Origin: Oopsacas minuta | Taxonomy: Eukaryota > Animalia > Porifera | DNA: 64,000 nucleotides | NCBI GenBank assembly: GCA_024704765.1 | Contig: JAKMXF010000343.1 | Location: forward strand, 620,001-684,000 | Direction of reading: 5' to 3' | In this document: one piece after another, positions 63,481-64,000 of the stretch | Position numbering within the stretch: position 1 is the stretch's first letter | Layout: each line of letters opens with the position of its first letter | Notes under the pieces: model-generated | What the model was told of the DNA's origin: nothing | The model's database searches: none | The model's input: the letters and a program-made list of their open reading frames with translations, nothing else | Position numbers and translations under genes: made by a program

Positions 63481-64000
63481 CTAAAACTGCAAACGTAACA
63501 ATTCCAAAATTATCCACGGTGTGATGACATAAAATCTTTGTATTGAATTTGAAGAGATGTACAAGTACATGTTTTGATAGATATTAAGTTGGACTATATT
63601 TTTCAAACATTATACAGTAGATTTGAGTAAGACGAGACCTGAATTTTGTTCTTTTCCTTATATAAAACCTTACTAAATACACTTCCCCCGACAATAATAT
63701 ACGGTTCGACAGTGGAAACTTCGTTACAAAATTCATCTTAAGAAAAAGAATGTTAAAGAATCATGGCGATGGAAAGCCCAACCGTTTGAGGTTCAACTGT
63801 GGCGCTCCCAGGGTGGCGCAAACGAGGCATGTGCCCGGTCAGGCCTCGGTTTTTCCCGATCCTCAGACCTCCACTGCCCATTATATGATAACATTTTGCA
63901 CCGCGTTTGAAATCTTGGGACCGCTCCTGGAGTTCAATTAAGTGTAACTTAGATATTTATTGAACAAAGACTCAAATCATAAATTTAGCTTCGGTCTCCT

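Overview
AT-rich eukaryotic (animal) genomic DNA densely packed with small DNA-transposon derivatives. The gene content and architecture best fit a hexactinellid (glass) sponge, which is an inference: long intronless genes sit beside an intron-rich gene, there is a nested gene, a stand-alone coiled-coil/NHL gene and a relic of a multi-TM family. Genes in order: (1) last exon of an FN3/transmembrane protein (55-686 +); (2) intronless glycogen branching enzyme GBE1 (7255-5159 -); (3) intronless coiled-coil + NHL-repeat protein (9384-8122 -); (4) intronless secreted-type Cys-rich TM2-domain protein (13825-14424 +); (5) a 21-exon, >=990-aa phospholipase C gene (26399-57388 +), assembled by hand with every splice phase consistent; (6) an intronless ~909-aa coiled-coil gene nested on the same strand in intron 6 of the PLC gene (35586-38315 +). 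The PLC gene has PRIP/PLCL hallmarks (PP1-docking RVxF motif before the PH domain, PRIP-type C-terminal helical extension) yet keeps all PLC catalytic residues, which makes it the best candidate for something new. Three intronless genes carry a 3' splice acceptor 1-3 nt before the ATG and the PLC gene has one 17 nt before it, suggesting spliced-leader trans-splicing or 5'UTR introns. Mobile DNA includes a decayed DD37D (maT) element, hAT transposase relics, hAT, Tc1/pogo and CACTA-type MITEs with verifiable TIR/TSD, a TIR element carrying a HIRAN-like relic, a ~0.94-kb foldback, Helitron/Helentron-like repeats and a long (ATGT)n microsatellite. No rRNA, tRNA or CRISPR was recognised. Family assignments come from remembered motifs; no database search was run.
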